DNA from: Candidatus Cloacimonadales bacterium
GTDB taxonomy: Bacteria > Cloacimonadota > Cloacimonadia > Cloacimonadales > JAIOQZ01
NCBI GenBank assembly: GCA_963665815.1
Contig: OY762463.1
Span: forward strand, 2,144,001-2,208,000
Length of the DNA: 64,000 bases
Direction: 5' to 3'
Shown here: one piece after another, positions 61,257 to 64,000 of the stretch
Numbering within the stretch: position 1 is the first letter of the stretch
How the letters are laid out: each line of letters opens with the position of its first letter
The notes under the pieces: model-generated
Databases searched by the model: none
What the model was told of the DNA's origin: nothing
What the model saw: only the letters and a program-made list of their open reading frames with translations
Translations under genes and position numbers: made by a program

Positions 61257-62336
61257 CTATTTATCGAGTTCGATAAGATTATATTTACTGTTGCCTAATC
61301 CTATTTCTTCCCCGTAAATAATCTGCCTTTTACCACTGACATAATTAACTTTCCGGAATGTGTCATCGCTTCCATATGCTTTATCAACCAGATCATGACT
61401 TGCGTTTTCCAGAGCAATAATGTCTTTGGAAGCAAGAATACCAATATCATCCATGAACGGCTCCGGAGCTCTTGATGAGCAATCACAGCTTTTTGATATG
61501 TTAGCCAATACATTTATATAAACAATGTTGTAATTATCATCGATACCTTTAGCATATTCGGAAAGTCTTTCCAGAAACACACTTTTCTCCGTGCTTCCCC
61601 ATGGAACACTTAGTGCTCGCTCCGGACATACTCCAATACACTTTCCACAACCAATACATTTATCTTTATCAATAAGAAGAGGACTCAATGTTATTGCATC
61701 AACAGGGCATTCTTTAGTACATAGTCCACAGGAAATACAATTTTTCGGTCTGGTATTGGGAATTGTAGAAGCATGTAGCGCCATCTTCCCGGGTACACCG
61801 GTAAGCCCCATACTTACATTTTTGATTGCTCCGCCAAATCCGGCTGAACCGTGTCCTTTGAAATGAGAATATATAATGAAACTGTCATAATCGTCCATAC
61901 CCTTTCCAACATAGACTTTATCAAAATGTTTTCCTTTGAAGGGAATCTCTTTTTCTCCATCGGAGTCCAATATATCAAGAGGAGCATAACCGAATCCATG
62001 ATCCTTTGCCAGTTGAAGATGCGACTCAGTAAATCTGCGTTTCCCTCGATAAAGCACATTCGTTTCTACGAAAGTAGCGTTCAACTCTTTCTGGATTTTT
62101 CGCAACAGTTCAGGATTTAGATAATTCTTGTTTCCGTCTTCACCAAAGTGTACTTTAATGGCTATTTTACCGTCGACACCGGAACGAATTCTTTCAAAGA
62201 CTTTCATAACTCCATCTGCAGAAATGTCTTTAGTAAAATACACATCTGAAGCTGTTTTAGAATTATCAGATACAGTTCCTGCATAAATCGCAAAAGCTGA
62301 CAGTATCAGAATTAGATAAGTAATATATTTTTTCAT
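61257..62336 (-). CDS. DUF362-domain protein with 2x[4Fe-4S] ferredoxin module and N-terminal signal peptide
   Basis: AIKVHFGE.GN, SHFKGH..AGFGGAIKN, CISCGLC...CP, CIGCGKC...CP, CDC; start probably MKKYI. Confidence 0.9.
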   Translation of the reverse strand: MKKYITYLILILSAFAIYAGTVSDNSKTASDVYFTKDISADGVMKVFERIRSGVDGKIAIKVHFGEDGNKNYLNPELLRKIQKELNATFVETNVLYRGKRRFTESHLQLAKDHGFGYAPLDILDSDGEKEIPFKGKHFDKVYVGKGMDDYDSFIIYSHFKGHGSAGFGGAIKNVSMGLTGVPGKMALHASTIPNTRPKNCISCGLCTKECPVDAITLSPLLIDKDKCIGCGKCIGVCPERALSVPWGSTEKSVFLERLSEYAKGIDDNYNIVYINVLANISKSCDCSSRAPEPFMDDIGILASKDIIALENASHDLVDKAYGSDDTFRKVNYVSGKRQIIYGEEIGLGNSKYNLIELDK

Positions 62337-62514
62337 TGCAAACCTCACATGTTATAGATTTGTTTTGAAATATGTATTTTTCTATGGAGTTGTCAATAAA
62401 TTCTGTTTACACAGCATCCCCTAATTTTCCCTAATATGTAAAATTAACTAATTTCATTTACATACAAATCAAGACTCGACTTTACAAACATCAACAAGAA
62501 TATAAGTATTGTTT

Positions 62515-62546
62515 CTTCATTTTCTTTGGTGACAAAGAAAACGAAG
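62515..62546. repeat. Intergenic palindrome, possible repeat fragment
   Basis: CTTC-a-TTTTCTTTG-gtga-CAAAGAAAA-c-GAAG between divergent genes. Confidence 0.35.
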
Positions 62547-62737
62547 CAAAATGTTAGATCTTATTGCAAAGCAAATTCATTGAGCCTTGTTTTCATTTGA
62601 AATGATGATTGAAGACCCTTGTTGATAACAATTTAAACGTATTGTGTATTTTGCTTTAGGGGGAAATGTATAAATCGGCTCAACTTATTTCTTGCCAAAA
62701 CGATTAAGTATATCCATAAAAGAGTTAAGGAAAGATT

Positions 62738-63370
62738 ATGAAGAAAGCAATATTTGTAGTAATAATTGCTGCGATAACATTTACAATATATTTCTGTAAG
62801 CATGAAGAAGTTATACTGACAGGTCCCGGTGTATACGCTCCTAAAGATCCTGTACAGGGAGTAAACGAAAACCTTCAGCCTTTTAAGCATGGAGAATTCA
62901 CTATTACTCCGGTTGCATCATATAAAATCAGAGCTAAGGTATTATCACGAAAAAGATATAAAGCCGGTAAAGGTGGAAAACTTTCACCTGTTGATTTCGC
63001 ACTTGGCTGGGGAAGAATGTCCGATGAATCTGTTGTGGAAAACATCAAAATTAGACAATATCGTCGCTGGTATTACTGGAATGCAAAAGCATTGCCTATA
63101 CCACAAAAAGAAATTCAGACACACAGTTCGAACCATCACATATTACCGGCAAATGACGCAGTCAGGAAAAAAGCTTTGCAGGTGAAAAAAGGCGAGATTG
63201 TCGAGATGTCCGGTTATCTCGTTAAGGTTAATGCTGATGACGGCTGGCACTGGTACAGTTCAACATCAAGAGAAGATACAGGTGATGGTGCCTGTGAAGT
63301 CTTCTGGGTAGAATCGTTGGAAGTACCTGGCTTAATCAATCCTGAGTTTCTGCATCTGCTTGATAAATAA
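62738..63370 (+). CDS. Hypothetical membrane-anchored/exported protein
   Basis: AAGGA SD; N-terminal hydrophobic segment; SPVDFALGWG, SSNHHILPAN, STSREDTGDGACE. Confidence 0.8.
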   Translation: MKKAIFVVIIAAITFTIYFCKHEEVILTGPGVYAPKDPVQGVNENLQPFKHGEFTITPVASYKIRAKVLSRKRYKAGKGGKLSPVDFALGWGRMSDESVVENIKIRQYRRWYYWNAKALPIPQKEIQTHSSNHHILPANDAVRKKALQVKKGEIVEMSGYLVKVNADDGWHWYSSTSREDTGDGACEVFWVESLEVPGLINPEFLHLLDK

Positions 63371-63510
63371 CGTACTCACGCCATAAGTTTGACCCAATAA
63401 TATATACCACGGGATAGAAGGTTCTGACTGACGCGTAGAGACAAGCGGACGGTTGACTCATGTATTAACATCCATGGAACGAACATACAAAATTACAATC
63501 ACATTGTAGG

Positions 63511-63578
63511 TCACACCTGACGGAGCTAATTTCAGCATTAGGTGTTTAATCTACAGACGGTTCCGCTCCTATGGAGCT
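63511..63578 (+). repeat. Degenerate tandem GCTCC-nnn-GGAGC REP-like pair
   Basis: cacacctgacggagct (63512-27) and tctacagacggttccGCTCCTATGGAGCt (63550-78). Confidence 0.5.
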
Positions 63579-63769
63579 TAAGAGTAAAACAAATATCTCT
63601 CAATTGCTTCAGAATCATCATTTCTTAAATCATTGGTAAATCAAATGGACTTTCCATTTGTCTACATTTCAATGTTTTGACTCCTCCTTAGCAAATTTTC
63701 CGGATTATTCATTTACAAATCCATATAACATATAATTTACGTATTGAATGAATTGATTAAGGATGTACT

Positions 63770-64000
63770 ATGAAAGATAAAAACTTTTATATTGGACTTC
63801 TGATATGCGTTGCTGTTGCAATACTGGGAAAAATAACATCTCAATACGGACCGGCACTCGGTTCTGTAACTTATTGTCTTATCATTGGGGTTATTGTCTC
63901 CAATATTCTGCATAACAAATTATCATCGTTCTCATCATCTTTCAAATTCTCCGAGAAAAAGATACTGCCTTTTGCAATTGCTTTGCTTGGACTGAATATA
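63770..64000 (+). CDS. YeiH/putative sulfate exporter family membrane protein, N-terminal part (truncated by window edge)
   Basis: Hand translation MKDKNFYIGLLICVAVAILG...LGSVTYCLIIGVIVSN...FKFSEKKILPFAIALLGLNI. Confidence 0.8.
   Translation, partial: MKDKNFYIGLLICVAVAILGKITSQYGPALGSVTYCLIIGVIVSNILHNKLSSFSSSFKFSEKKILPFAIALLGLNI

Noticed and set aside
63580-63690. Strong AAGGAGGAG on the minus strand followed by a TTG 15-codon ORF
   Set aside because: Too short, no recognisable motif; may be gene debris
1-64000. CRISPR arrays, transposases, integrases, prophage, rRNA, defence systems
   Set aside because: No regularly spaced repeat arrays or matching protein motifs seen

Overview
AT-rich bacterial chromosomal window, most likely from a Cloacimonadota / FCB-group anaerobe. 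That placement is an inference from a FlgD-Ig/Por-like C-terminal sorting-domain remnant (YPNxFNP...YNMKGQKV), secY-map-infA order without adk, and TAnnTTTG-like promoters. Bases 1-39 kb are mostly minus-strand core transcription/translation genes: tuf-S10-spc-alpha (39.05-23.5 kb), a small mixed-orientation accessory patch (23.5-18.6 kb), a coupled thioesterase-comEA-TPR-small Cys protein-rsmD-cysS operon, and tRNAs-tuf-rpmG-trnW-secE-nusG-rplKAJL-rpoBC-rpsLG-fusA (truncated at the left edge). The order is non-canonical because tuf-S10 is detached from fusA, and that fusA looks like a divergent, terminator-insulated EF-G2 type. Bases 40.5-51.8 kb hold a type IVa pilus locus (pilA-pilT-pilMNOPQ-Ig lipoprotein-pilB-pilC). 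It combines a cysteine-free, aromatic-rich pilin, a ~6-domain invasin-like lipoprotein inside the operon, a MshEN c-di-GMP-type PilB and a multi-hairpin pilT-pilM spacer; this is the best candidate for an undescribed system. The right end has a SurA/PpiC-TPR chaperone, a MarR gene flanked by identical operators, a DUF2157/GDYXXLXY pair, a CTD remnant, a TPR-DUF2271 protein with a LytS/LytTR system, a DUF362 Fe-S protein, REP-like palindromes and a truncated YeiH-family transporter. Genes missing from the ORF track were read by hand (fusA 5' part, rpmG, rpmJ, a 51-aa Cys-rich ORF, the yeiH-like 5' part, 5 tRNAs). All family assignments are by motif recognition, not database search.
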